Below are positions 6,439 to 15,558 of a stretch of DNA of 19,003 nt, piece after piece (the stretch's first letter is position 1; every line of letters starts with the position of its first letter). Position numbers and translations under genes: made by a program. Location: contig CAXXVK010000046.1 in the NCBI GenBank assembly GCA_963676915.2, positions 1 through 19,003 on the forward strand, given 5' to 3'. The notes beneath the pieces were generated by a model. It ran no database searches, was not told the DNA's origin, and worked only from the letters and a program-made list of their open reading frames with translations. Source of the DNA: Myxococcota bacterium (GTDB lineage: Bacteria > Myxococcota_A > SURF-8 > G963663525).

Positions 6439-8076
6439 TCACGCGGTCGCTTCGATCAACTCATTGATTCTTTGCTTGAGAGCTTGAATCTGGAAAGGCT
6501 TCTCCAGATAACGCCCCGGCATGGCATCCAGAAAATCCCGCACACGAGAGGTAAAACTCCCACCGGTTATGAAGATCATTTTTGCGGCCAATTGAGGATT
6601 TTGACCGGATAACCACTCGTAAAGGTCCATCCCACTGACATCCGCCATCATCAGATCACAAACGATGGTGTCGAAATCGGAGCGACTTTCCAGAAGCTCT
6701 TTCGCTTGCTTGCCGGAGGTGACCACCTCGACCTCGTACTCTTTCTTCAAAGATCTTGCCAAGGTCAAACCGATCAACCGTTCGTCATCCACGATCAAGA
6801 CACGTAACGCCGTTTTCGATGAAACGGGATGAACTCTGTCGGGGCTAATCACTGTTTTCGGCTCCTCTTTTTTTTCGATATTGGCCGGCAAGGAAATCGT
6901 GAAGCGATTGCCTCCTCCGCCTGCTCGCTGACCGATTTGAATGCCTCCCTTGAGCGAACCAGCGATGGTTTGTGCAGCCGACATCCCCAGCAACGTCAAG
7001 TCTTCTTCGCGTGTGGGCGCATCCATTCTCCCGAGCGATCGAGAGGCTTTTTCAACCGTTTCCGGGTCGATCTCCCGACCGGTATCGGTAATTTCTATTT
7101 TGATAGTATCGGATTCGAACCAGGTACTGATACGGATTTCGTTGCTGTTGGCATCGCCTTCCTGAATCGTGTGCGCCGAAAACACGAGGAGATTCAGGAT
7201 CATATGCAAAATTTGACTGTAACTACCCAGAATATTCGGGGTTTCTCCGAAATCTTTCGTCACGCGTGCCCGGTATTTGATCTCATTGAAAGCGAGATAC
7301 ATGGCCGTTTCAATCACGCGACCGATGCGCACCTGAACAAGCTGATTTTCCTGAAGATTGGATAGCGTTTTCAGCGCTTGCACGATGCGCCGGATTTCCT
7401 GGGAACCGTGGTTGGCATCCTTGACCAACGATGTGAGATTTTCGAGAAAATCGTGCGAGAAGAACTCACCGATATCTTTAAAAATTTCTTGAGCTACCTC
7501 AAATCCCAAACGCTCCGAAATCACCGCCTGAATGTAGCGCATAGACCCGATCAGCTTGGGAAGATCCTCGGCGAGTTGATCGAGATTGAACATCAGGTAG
7601 GTCAGCGAATTGTTGATTTCATGGGCGATACCGCCCCCGAGATGCCCTACTCTCGACAAACGGTCCGTCATCAAAACCTGTTGAATCAACTCGTTTTTCT
7701 CGTTGGCACTGTCGGCCAAACGGCAAGCCATCCGAAAGGCGGAATACACCTGATCTTCGGATGCATCCTCCAGCACGAATCCGTCGGCACCGGCATTGAT
7801 CGCAGCTTGAATGTGCCGGGGAAGCTGTTCTTCCAGTTGGATCACGATGACGAAATTCGGAACATCTCCCGACCCGGAGAACTGCCTGCACAGACGCAAT
7901 TGATCGTCACGCGGAATAGAGGAACCGATAAGTACGACAGGAACCTTTTCCCGATCTCGTACTTTCCACGCTTCTGACATGGAAAGAAACTCGATCGAAG
8001 CACCGGGAATCGATTCAGCGACTTTCTCGAACACGGAAAGGCTTTGTTTCGCCGGTTCCACCAACAAAATATTCAT
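6439..8076 (-). CDS. Hybrid histidine-kinase-like protein: degenerate N-terminal receiver, HisKA, degenerate HATPase, intact C-terminal receiver
   Basis: H-box GGIAHEINNSL and C-terminal REC (VLIVDDE..IVCDLMM..FITGG..YLEKPF) are intact; ATP-binding boxes are altered. ATG 8076 (MNILLVE, AAGGTG upstream) is preferred to 8154. Confidence 0.85.
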   Translation of the reverse strand: MNILLVEPAKQSLSVFEKVAESIPGASIEFLSMSEAWKVRDREKVPVVLIGSSIPRDDQLRLCRQFSGSGDVPNFVIVIQLEEQLPRHIQAAINAGADGFVLEDASEDQVYSAFRMACRLADSANEKNELIQQVLMTDRLSRVGHLGGGIAHEINNSLTYLMFNLDQLAEDLPKLIGSMRYIQAVISERLGFEVAQEIFKDIGEFFSHDFLENLTSLVKDANHGSQEIRRIVQALKTLSNLQENQLVQVRIGRVIETAMYLAFNEIKYRARVTKDFGETPNILGSYSQILHMILNLLVFSAHTIQEGDANSNEIRISTWFESDTIKIEITDTGREIDPETVEKASRSLGRMDAPTREEDLTLLGMSAAQTIAGSLKGGIQIGQRAGGGGNRFTISLPANIEKKEEPKTVISPDRVHPVSSKTALRVLIVDDERLIGLTLARSLKKEYEVEVVTSGKQAKELLESRSDFDTIVCDLMMADVSGMDLYEWLSGQNPQLAAKMIFITGGSFTSRVRDFLDAMPGRYLEKPFQIQALKQRINELIEATA

Positions 8077-8206
8077 TTCGGCACCTTGATTCCTACCATT
8101 AGGCCGGTTCCTTACTTCACTTGCACGTAGTGTACCGGCTACTCTGTCACTCATACATATAATTTGTCAAAGAAAGGGCCGAATTTCAAGTGTTTATGCA
8201 TTTTGC

Positions 8207-9817
8207 CTACAAAATTGTCGTCAAATGCCCTTTCTTTTTCGTAGGTTGAGGCATGACCGGTAAATGAATGTAGAACGTCGTTCCCTGACCTACCTCCGAA
8301 GCGTACGTAATCCGTCCACCGGCCTGGTTGACGAGCCGATGCACCATCGCCAGCCCCAGTCCGGTACCTTTTCCGTCTTTCTTGGTCGTGACGAAGGGTT
8401 TGAAGATATCTTTTCGTAAATCCTCGGGAACTCCTTCGCCGTTGTCACTGACGGTAACCAGCACAAATTTTCGAGCGGCTTGACTGTTGCGGTCGGAACC
8501 GACGGAATTGGCCAGTCCCAACGTAATTTTGATTTCGCCGCTGTGATCCATCGCATCTCGAGCGTTGATACAGAGATTGAGTAAAATCTGTTGTAGCGCC
8601 ACCGGTTTGATCTTCACCCAATGCGGACCGCCGTCATCCTGAAGGGTAATTTGTACGCGCCGCCCTACCGCCGTTTCCATCATGTCGAAATGCTTGCGAA
8701 CGCTGTCGCAGATTTCGAGCGGCGGAACTTCGGTTTCGGCACTGTTGCCGTTGCGCACGAAGCCCAACAGGTGGCGAACCAGTTCCGTTGCGCGACCGAT
8801 GGCCTTTTCGATATTGGCAACGTTCAGTTGCGCCAGTTCGTCTTCGGGCATCTTCCCGGAAATAATACCGATTCCCCCGGTGATGATGGTCAGGAAGTTG
8901 TTGATATCGTGGGCCACACCCGAAGCCAGCGCGCCGACGACTTCGAGTTTCTGACTATGCAGCAGCGCTTGTTCCAACTCGCGTCGTTTGTGTTCGTGGC
9001 TGATCTGCTCGGAGCGGTCACGGAACACGAACAGGTGAATGAACTGCCGCCCTTGCCGCACGCGCACCATGGTCAGTTCCACGTTGATAATCCCGCCATC
9101 GATATTCGAGAGGTCGAGATTGTCCACGTATCCTCTGCCGTTGTCTTGAAACTCTCCGCTCAGATTTTGCAGCTTACGCGGATCGGCCTGAGCCATGATC
9201 TTTTTCAGCCCAAGTCGGTTCATTTCGCGCACGTCCGTGCATTGGAGCATCGTGCAGGCCGCGAGGTTGCTGAAAATGATTTCTCCGCCCAGGTCTTCAC
9301 TGAAGATATCGGTGGGAGCGGTCGCGGCAACGACACCCACCGGCAACGATTCCAGCATCGTGCGGAAAAGCACCTGAGAATCGCGCTCACCGGAGAGGTC
9401 GTGAATCGCCATCCAGAAGAATTCGCCGTTTTCTTCGGGAAGACGCACGCAATCGACACGAACCGGAATCTGTTCGTTGTCGGCCCGGCGATTCGTGGTG
9501 GAAAACACGAAGCCTTCGGCGGCCTCGTCGGTATGTCGTAACAACTCGAATTCGGTCAGGGCGTGGGGTCCGAAGATCAACCCCAGCGGAGCCTGAAGCA
9601 ACTGTTCGCGAGGTTTTCCGTACATTTCGGAAGCCCGTTCGTTGGCTTCCGCAATCCGAAAATTCTCGTCTTTGCCGACCCTCACGAGCAACATCGCCTC
9701 GACCGAATTCTCAAATACGGCCCGAAGCGAAAACCGGTTCAGGGGATGCTCGTCGGTCGAGACCGCCGCACGATCCATATCGACGGCGCTGTCACCCGAA
9801 AACGAGTTGGTGTTCAT
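8207..9817 (-). CDS. Cytoplasmic PAS-PAS sensor histidine kinase, no receiver domain
   Basis: Two PAS-like segments, H-box GVAHDINNFL, N-box LLNLCINARDAM, G1 DNGEG, F-box IFKPFVTTK, G2 GKGTGLGL. No TM helix. Confidence 0.92.
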   Translation of the reverse strand: MNTNSFSGDSAVDMDRAAVSTDEHPLNRFSLRAVFENSVEAMLLVRVGKDENFRIAEANERASEMYGKPREQLLQAPLGLIFGPHALTEFELLRHTDEAAEGFVFSTTNRRADNEQIPVRVDCVRLPEENGEFFWMAIHDLSGERDSQVLFRTMLESLPVGVVAATAPTDIFSEDLGGEIIFSNLAACTMLQCTDVREMNRLGLKKIMAQADPRKLQNLSGEFQDNGRGYVDNLDLSNIDGGIINVELTMVRVRQGRQFIHLFVFRDRSEQISHEHKRRELEQALLHSQKLEVVGALASGVAHDINNFLTIITGGIGIISGKMPEDELAQLNVANIEKAIGRATELVRHLLGFVRNGNSAETEVPPLEICDSVRKHFDMMETAVGRRVQITLQDDGGPHWVKIKPVALQQILLNLCINARDAMDHSGEIKITLGLANSVGSDRNSQAARKFVLVTVSDNGEGVPEDLRKDIFKPFVTTKKDGKGTGLGLAMVHRLVNQAGGRITYASEVGQGTTFYIHLPVMPQPTKKKGHLTTIL

Positions 9818-10239
9818 TACAGGTATCCTCCACTACTGATTTTGGCACTACTGATCGTCTCCGCCTGCTGGTTCAGCATCTGGTTCCAGCCGTCGCGGAG
9901 TTTCTGGACCACATCCCGACAGGAATCGAGCGCTTTGCGGTCCTTAGAAATATTGAATCGGATCAATTCCCGGTTAATGTAGTCGTAAAGCGCATGAAGA
10001 TTTTCCGCGATTTCACGGCCATCTTTCATGTTCAGGGAATTCTGCAGTTCGCTGACGATCGCAATCGCTTTGCTCACGGACTCCCCGCGAGTTTTCACGT
10101 CGTTTTCCATCAGGGCGATTTCAGCCCGTTCCATGGAACGCAACGCACCGTCGAACATCGCAAGAACGATTCTTGCGGGCGACATACCGGAATATTGATT
10201 GGTTGTGTACGTTTTGTTGCAGGCGGCGTAAGATACCAT
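9817..10239 (-). CDS. fliS: Flagellar export chaperone FliS
   Basis: SPARIVLAMFDGAL..SKAIAIVSELQNSLNMKDGREIAENLHALYDY..LRDGW; downstream of fliD. Start could also be GTG 10248. Confidence 0.95.
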   Translation of the reverse strand: MVSYAACNKTYTTNQYSGMSPARIVLAMFDGALRSMERAEIALMENDVKTRGESVSKAIAIVSELQNSLNMKDGREIAENLHALYDYINRELIRFNISKDRKALDSCRDVVQKLRDGWNQMLNQQAETISSAKISSGGYL

Positions 10240-10269
10240 GACAATCACTCTCTTCCATGAGTTGGTGGT

Positions 10270-12510
10270 TTACAGCAAGGCCAATTGCTGTATTAAAAAA
10301 TCTCCCTGTTGGTTGATGACCGATAACGCCTCTTCCATGGCGGCGAATTGCGCTCGATATCGTTCCTCAACCTTTTCTAGACGCGCTTCCTTGCGCTGGA
10401 TACTGTCTTGGATGCTCTCGATCTGGTCGGCCAGCGAGCTGTTTCTCGCACCAAGGACGGACTCGTCTCCGTCGTTGATAAAGGCCACGAGATTCTCGAA
10501 TCGTGTATCGGCTCCTTCCGTAACGCTTATAGAACCGACCGAACCGGTTGAAGATCCGGTGTACTCGATTTTCAGATCTGCGAGACTGTCTCCCGTTTCT
10601 TCGTCAACGATGAGGGTTGCGCCCACACCGGTGCTGATTTTTCCTCCGATGGTTCCTTCGATGTCCTGCCCTTGACCTTCGATGATACCGGTCCCGATTC
10701 TGGAAGTATTCGCCCCCGTTGTGATGTTGGACTGGAAACTGAACTTGAGATCCGAACCGTAATCGGTCGCTTCAATCGCCAGGGTTCCCGAATCGTTATA
10801 GGCTTGCAGGCGCACTTCTTCGGTTTTGAATGCCGAGTTGAGACGGTTCACGACGTCCCGCAAATCATCTCCCGTCAACAAGGAAACGGAGAAATTCACG
10901 TACGTCGGATCGTCGTCATTTGCGCCCGTCGTATAGCTGAAAAAGATGTTTTCGTCCTGTGCCAGCGTATCCGCCTGCGCGGCTGTTGCCCAAGCTTCCC
11001 CTTTGGTCGCAGGCTGGGTAATGTTCACCGCGTAATTGCCCGCTTCGATCTCATCGGGCCGGTTGGTCACGGTAATCTGGCTATTGGCGGAATAGGTGCT
11101 CGATGCCAGCACTCGGATCACTTCGGAGCGCTTTTCTTCAAGCAGCTCTTCAAGTTCGCTCGATTCCAGCTTCAATGCACCATTTTCGTCCATGGTGACG
11201 CCGATATCGAACAATGTCTGCAAATTTCCTTCAACCCCTTCCGCCGGGGCGAAAAGTTCGGTTCGAAGCTGGGAAAGAATCAGGTTCGCAGTACCGTCGC
11301 CCAACAGGATTCCGGCTTCTTCATCCGATTCCGGGTCGTAGGTCTGGTGTTCGCGAATCCCGCTGACCAACTCGTTGTAGGATTCGAGGAAATTGTTCAG
11401 TTTATCGATAACGGGTTGGGCTTCCCGCTTGACTTCGAAATGCAAATCCTCTTCATCATCGGCGATATTCAAGGTCAGCGTGATGCCTTCCAATGCATCC
11501 TCGATTTCGTTCGAGGCGCGGGTCTGCAAGATTCCGTCCAACTCGAACACCGCATTTTTGGCTTCTTGCAAGGTCGGAGTGGTTGCATCCACATAAAAGC
11601 GGTCGCCAGCCGTCAATGTTCCGGAATCGGTGAACGCGATATCGACGCCCTCGGTATTTCCGCCGATGGCCGTTGCGACCGATGCCGCCACATATCCGCT
11701 GCCGCCGTTGTCGTCCCAGGTCATGCCGCCATCGGTCGAAACCTTGTAGGTGGCTACATCGGCGGCTCCACCGGTTAGAATTTCCACTTGGTAGGTTTTG
11801 CTCGAAGTTCCCGTGTACGTTCCCGACGAGGTGACGTTTCCGGTGTACGCCATAGAGTTGTCATCGTGCGCTACAGCTTCTTCGATCTGATTGGAGGTAA
11901 AGTTGAGATCGGTCGGATTGGACGATACGATGACCGTGTTGTCCTCTCCGGTCTCGTTGGAGGTCAGCACGAGGCGGTAGGCATTGCCGACCGTACCGTC
12001 ACTGACCACACTGGCGGTCATGTCGCCTTCTTCGGCGTTGATGGCTTTGGCCAGGTCGTTGAGTGTGGTTTCGGTGGTGATATCCACGGAAACCTGCTCG
12101 CCATCCACGCCGATCTGTACGGTAAACGTACCCGTACCCGAAGAAATCGGCGAAGTATCAGCATCCTGCCAGCCCTGGGAGGCCAGACGATGCGCCGTAG
12201 CGAGCTGGTGAACCATCATATCGTGCGAACCGACGAGGGCGTCGGACTCGGCCACGACGGTAATGGCTTTGGCATTGTCGTTATCGACCAAAACCTTGTT
12301 GAGATTGTCTTCGGAAAGCTCGCCTGCGGCGTTTTCGAGATCGGTAATCAGTGGGGCAAAAGAACCATAAACCTTCTGGTAATTCTCGATTTCCTGAATG
12401 TCGGCCTGCAATGCGTAGATCGGGCGTTTTTCGATAGACATCATTTTACTGATCATGCTATCGATATCGATGCCTGATGCCAATCCTACGCTTAGACCAC
12501 CCACTGCCAT
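10270..12510 (-). CDS. fliD: Flagellar filament cap protein FliD (large, 746 aa)
   Basis: GLASGIDIDSMISKMMSIE, VHQLATAH, YRLVLTSNETG, RASNEIEDALEGITL, FLESYNEL, GILLGD, ERYRAQFAAMEEALS. SD AGGAG upstream. Confidence 0.95.
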   Translation of the reverse strand: MAVGGLSVGLASGIDIDSMISKMMSIEKRPIYALQADIQEIENYQKVYGSFAPLITDLENAAGELSEDNLNKVLVDNDNAKAITVVAESDALVGSHDMMVHQLATAHRLASQGWQDADTSPISSGTGTFTVQIGVDGEQVSVDITTETTLNDLAKAINAEEGDMTASVVSDGTVGNAYRLVLTSNETGEDNTVIVSSNPTDLNFTSNQIEEAVAHDDNSMAYTGNVTSSGTYTGTSSKTYQVEILTGGAADVATYKVSTDGGMTWDDNGGSGYVAASVATAIGGNTEGVDIAFTDSGTLTAGDRFYVDATTPTLQEAKNAVFELDGILQTRASNEIEDALEGITLTLNIADDEEDLHFEVKREAQPVIDKLNNFLESYNELVSGIREHQTYDPESDEEAGILLGDGTANLILSQLRTELFAPAEGVEGNLQTLFDIGVTMDENGALKLESSELEELLEEKRSEVIRVLASSTYSANSQITVTNRPDEIEAGNYAVNITQPATKGEAWATAAQADTLAQDENIFFSYTTGANDDDPTYVNFSVSLLTGDDLRDVVNRLNSAFKTEEVRLQAYNDSGTLAIEATDYGSDLKFSFQSNITTGANTSRIGTGIIEGQGQDIEGTIGGKISTGVGATLIVDEETGDSLADLKIEYTGSSTGSVGSISVTEGADTRFENLVAFINDGDESVLGARNSSLADQIESIQDSIQRKEARLEKVEERYRAQFAAMEEALSVINQQGDFLIQQLALL

Positions 12511-12712
12511 AACGGACTCCTGAAAAAACGGAAAACAAGTGTCGAAATCGTGGCGTTTCGTCTAGTAAAAAGAAGCGTGTTTCATTTGTATCTAGCTGTT
12601 TTCACGAGGTTTCTATCCCGTTTCGCGAAAGTCGCACCTCTCGCCACGCGTCACTCGACACTTTGTCAAAGATCCCTGAATCTCGGTAAAAAAATTCGGT
12701 GCTTCGTTTTTC

Positions 12713-12738
12713 AAAAAGGGGCGGGAAGCCCCGCCCCT
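12713..12738 (-). terminator. Intrinsic terminator after flagellin
   Basis: Minus strand AGGGGCGGG-GCTT-CCCGCCCCT-TTTT. Confidence 0.85.
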
Positions 12739-12752
12739 GCTGGTTGTTCAGC

Positions 12753-14180
12753 CTAGCCGAGCAAGCTCAGAGCAGCCTGGTTCGACACGTTGGCCTGGGC
12801 CAAGATCGAGGTCGAAGCCTGCTGCAGGATCTGGGACTTGGAGAAGTCCGCCGTCTCACTGGCGAAGTCGGCATCCATGATCCGGCTACGGGCAGCCGAG
12901 AGGTTCTCGGACGAAGCGCTCAGGTTGGAAACCGTGGATTCCAGCCGGTTGAGCGTGGCGCCCAAGGAAGCGCGTTGCTTCGAAACCTGGCGCAGGGCCT
13001 TGTCGATCGTACCGATGGAAGTATCCGCACCGGCCTGGGTCGAAAGGTCCATGCTGCCGATGTTGGTCGCGGTGTTGACGCTGGTGATACCCGTGGTCAA
13101 ACCGGCGTTGCCGATCGTTCCGGTACTGGTGATGTTGATGTCGGAGTCGCTCTCCAACGTCATCGTACCGTAGGTGGTTCCGGCGCTGACACCGGTGATG
13201 GTCGCACCGGTACCTCCGGCGGCCACGTTGATGTTCCGGCCATCGGCGGCAGTGAGCACCAGTTTCTTGTCGCCAGCCGCACTGCTGTCCAGGCTCGCCA
13301 CAACACCCGTCTGACCCGAAACCGCGTTGATCGCCGCGCGCAGAGCACCGTCGGCGTCGTCGTTGACGACATCGCCCTGGATGCGCACGCCGTTGATTTC
13401 GACGTAGTTGGTGCCATCCAACGTACCACCGGCATCCGCGATTTCGGCGGCACCGGTGTGCTCGTTGGCATTGACCGTGGCGGTGACACCATGCTGGGCG
13501 CTGGATGCATTGATCGCGGCGGCTTTGGAGATGGCCGACGCATCCTGTCCGACGGTGGACAACGAGTCGTCCGTAGCCGAGCTGGCGCGAACCGACACAC
13601 CATTGAGCACCACGTCACCGGCGGACATCGCCGTACCGGTCACGGTAGCGGTGGTCTTGCTGGCAACGGCACCCAGATTGGCGGTTTGGGCCGAATCGAT
13701 GCTGACTTCGATCGACTGTCCGCTGTTGGAGCCGACCTGAATTTTCGCACCGCTGAACGAACCGTCGAGCAGTTGCCGACCGTTGAAGTTCGTAGTGCCG
13801 GAAATGCGGTCGATTTCGGCGGTCAGTGCGTCCGCTTCAGTCTGGATCGCCTGGCGGTCCGTCGCGGTGTTGGAGTCGTTGGCCGACTGGACGGACAGTT
13901 CGCGCAAACGTTGCAGAATGTTGCCGATTTCTTCCAGACCACTTTCAGCCGTCTGCGACATGGAAATGCCGTCATTGGCGTTACGTACGGCCTGGTTCAA
14001 GCCGCGAATCTGCGAGGTGAACCGGTCGGTGATGGCCAATCCGGCAGCATCGTCCTTGGCGGAGTTGATGCGGAGACCGGAAGACAAGCGCTCAAAGTTG
14101 GTTTGGAGCTTGTTGCTGTTTTGGCCCATCGTTCGCTGTGCGTTAAGCGAGGCTGAGTTCGTTAAAATTGAGAGAGTCAT
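12753..14180 (-). CDS. fliC: Flagellin
   Basis: [71 protein letters not shown]. The second ATG (14180) fits the GGAGG spacing better than 14183. Confidence 0.98.
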   Translation of the reverse strand: MTLSILTNSASLNAQRTMGQNSNKLQTNFERLSSGLRINSAKDDAAGLAITDRFTSQIRGLNQAVRNANDGISMSQTAESGLEEIGNILQRLRELSVQSANDSNTATDRQAIQTEADALTAEIDRISGTTNFNGRQLLDGSFSGAKIQVGSNSGQSIEVSIDSAQTANLGAVASKTTATVTGTAMSAGDVVLNGVSVRASSATDDSLSTVGQDASAISKAAAINASSAQHGVTATVNANEHTGAAEIADAGGTLDGTNYVEINGVRIQGDVVNDDADGALRAAINAVSGQTGVVASLDSSAAGDKKLVLTAADGRNINVAAGGTGATITGVSAGTTYGTMTLESDSDINITSTGTIGNAGLTTGITSVNTATNIGSMDLSTQAGADTSIGTIDKALRQVSKQRASLGATLNRLESTVSNLSASSENLSAARSRIMDADFASETADFSKSQILQQASTSILAQANVSNQAALSLLG

Positions 14181-14181
14181 C

Positions 14182-14246
14182 ATTTCCTCCTTGGAAATTC
14201 CCTATAGCGGGTTTTGAATTTTAGACAATCGGCGTCCGTGCCGATT
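14182..14246 (-). promoter_or_regulatory. Two CsrA-type ANGGA hairpin loops in the fliC leader, one covering the SD
   Basis: Minus strand AATCGGC-ACGGAC-GCCGATT (14246-14227) and ATTTCC-AAGGA-GGAAAT (14198-14182). Confidence 0.7.
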
Positions 14247-14418
14247 CAGCCCAGAATAACGCTTCTGGTTGGCGGTGATCTGAAAGAACCATGGCGACCG
14301 TTATCAATGATGACTTGCGAGTCCCTTCGATTCACAAGTTCCGTACAGTGCTCGAAACGCCGGTAAACCTCCTTTCACGAGCATGGGGGGCCGGGTTTCT
14401 TCCGCGTACACAAAATCC

Positions 14419-14445
14419 ATATCGGCTCTCTCGACGGTGCCTTTA
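14419..14445 (-). promoter_or_regulatory. Sigma-28 (FliA) promoter of fliC
   Basis: Minus strand TAAA-ggcaccgtcgagaga (15 nt)-GCCGATAT, a near-perfect match to TAAA-N15-GCCGATAA. Confidence 0.88.
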
Positions 14446-14459
14446 ATGGAAAATTCAAC

Positions 14460-14486
14460 TTCAGGCATGATTTTCCCGCCCGATAA
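14460..14486 (+). promoter_or_regulatory. Possible weaker sigma-28 promoter for flbD-motAB
   Basis: TTCAG...CCCGATAA (14479-14486). The -10 has one mismatch; the -35 and spacing are imperfect. Confidence 0.45.
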
Positions 14487-14538
14487 TAATAATTGCGACA
14501 CGTCGTGAAAGAGAACCGCCAGCGAAAGAGGTTCAAAA

Positions 14539-14784
14539 GTGATCAAAGTCACCCGCTTACAGGGCGATCCCATCGTCATCAATGCCGAGCACATCCTGCT
14601 CGTCGAATCCACACCGGATACGACCGTGACTCTTACCAACGGCCACCGGGTGATTTTGAAAGACGATGTGGACGATTTGATCCGAAACGTCGTGCAGTAC
14701 AAACAGTGGATCATGCAGTCCGTTCACCGGACGATTTCTGAAAAAACGGAAGAGGCACAAGACGTGAACAGCCAACAGGAGTAG
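14539..14784 (+). CDS. flbD: Flagellar FlbD/SwrD family protein
   Basis: MIKVTRLQGDPIVINAEHILLVESTPDTTVTLTNG pattern, directly before motA. SD GAGG upstream of the GTG. Confidence 0.9.
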   Translation: MIKVTRLQGDPIVINAEHILLVESTPDTTVTLTNGHRVILKDDVDDLIRNVVQYKQWIMQSVHRTISEKTEEAQDVNSQQE

Positions 14785-14787
14785 GCA

Positions 14788-15552
14788 GTGGATTTAACTA
14801 CAATTATCGGTATTATCCTCGGTTTCGGGGCGATTCTGGGTGGCCAGGCTCTCGAAGGTGGTCACATCAGTTCTTTGATTCAGGGTCCGGCCTTTATTAT
14901 CGTTATCGGCGGCACCATCGGAGCCGTGACGGTCGGTTTCACCGGTGCGGATCTGAAACTGGCGATACGGGATCTTATCATTTCCTTCAAGCCCCCCAAA
15001 GTGGACAATTCACAAATCATCAAGGAAATCGTGGAGATGGCCAAGGTCGCCCGTAAAGACGGCCTGTTGGCGCTGGAAAAAAATCTCGAAACGGTCTCGA
15101 ATCCTTTCATGAAACGCTATCTCCAGCAGATCATCGACGGTCTGGAACCGGAAATGGTACGCGAACACATGGAGACGGAAATCTACCTCGAAGAGGAAGA
15201 AGCCGGAATCGGAGCGAAAGTTTTCGAAGCGGGCGGAGGGTATGCCCCGACGGTCGGCATCATCGGCGCGGTGCTGGGTCTGATTCACGTTATGCAGAAC
15301 CTGGACGATCCTTCGAAGCTCGGTGGCGGTATCGCCGTGGCCTTCGTTGCTACGGTCTACGGCGTGAGTTTCGCCAACCTGCTCTGCCTGCCGATCGCCA
15401 ATAAGTTGAAACGACGCGTGTCAGAAAAAATGATTGCCTATACGGTCATTACCGAAGGCTTGCTGGCGCTCCAAGCCGGACACAACCCGAAAGTCATTGA
15501 AGAAAAGCTTCAGATTTTCCTCTCGGAAAAACAAAAAGAAGTGGAAAAGTAA
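14788..15552 (+). CDS. motA: Flagellar stator protein MotA
   Basis: IVIGGTIGA, ARKDGLLALE, GGYAPTVGIIGAVLGLI, LGGGIAVAFVATVYG, LPIANKLK. Confidence 0.96.
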   Translation: MDLTTIIGIILGFGAILGGQALEGGHISSLIQGPAFIIVIGGTIGAVTVGFTGADLKLAIRDLIISFKPPKVDNSQIIKEIVEMAKVARKDGLLALEKNLETVSNPFMKRYLQQIIDGLEPEMVREHMETEIYLEEEEAGIGAKVFEAGGGYAPTVGIIGAVLGLIHVMQNLDDPSKLGGGIAVAFVATVYGVSFANLLCLPIANKLKRRVSEKMIAYTVITEGLLALQAGHNPKVIEEKLQIFLSEKQKEVEK

Positions 15553-15558
15553 GATAGC

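Noticed and set aside
12511-12712. Dedicated sigma-28 promoter for fliD
   Set aside because: Only weak partial matches, such as TCAG..GTCGAG and an isolated TTGACA, so I cannot support a call.
12699-14156. 485-aa plus-strand ORF, and similar long ORFs at 3679-4722, 8621-9541 and 10672-11778
   Set aside because: They lie antisense to clear genes (fliC, the receptor, the PAS kinase, fliD) and have no recognisable motifs. Codon bias of the real genes explains them.
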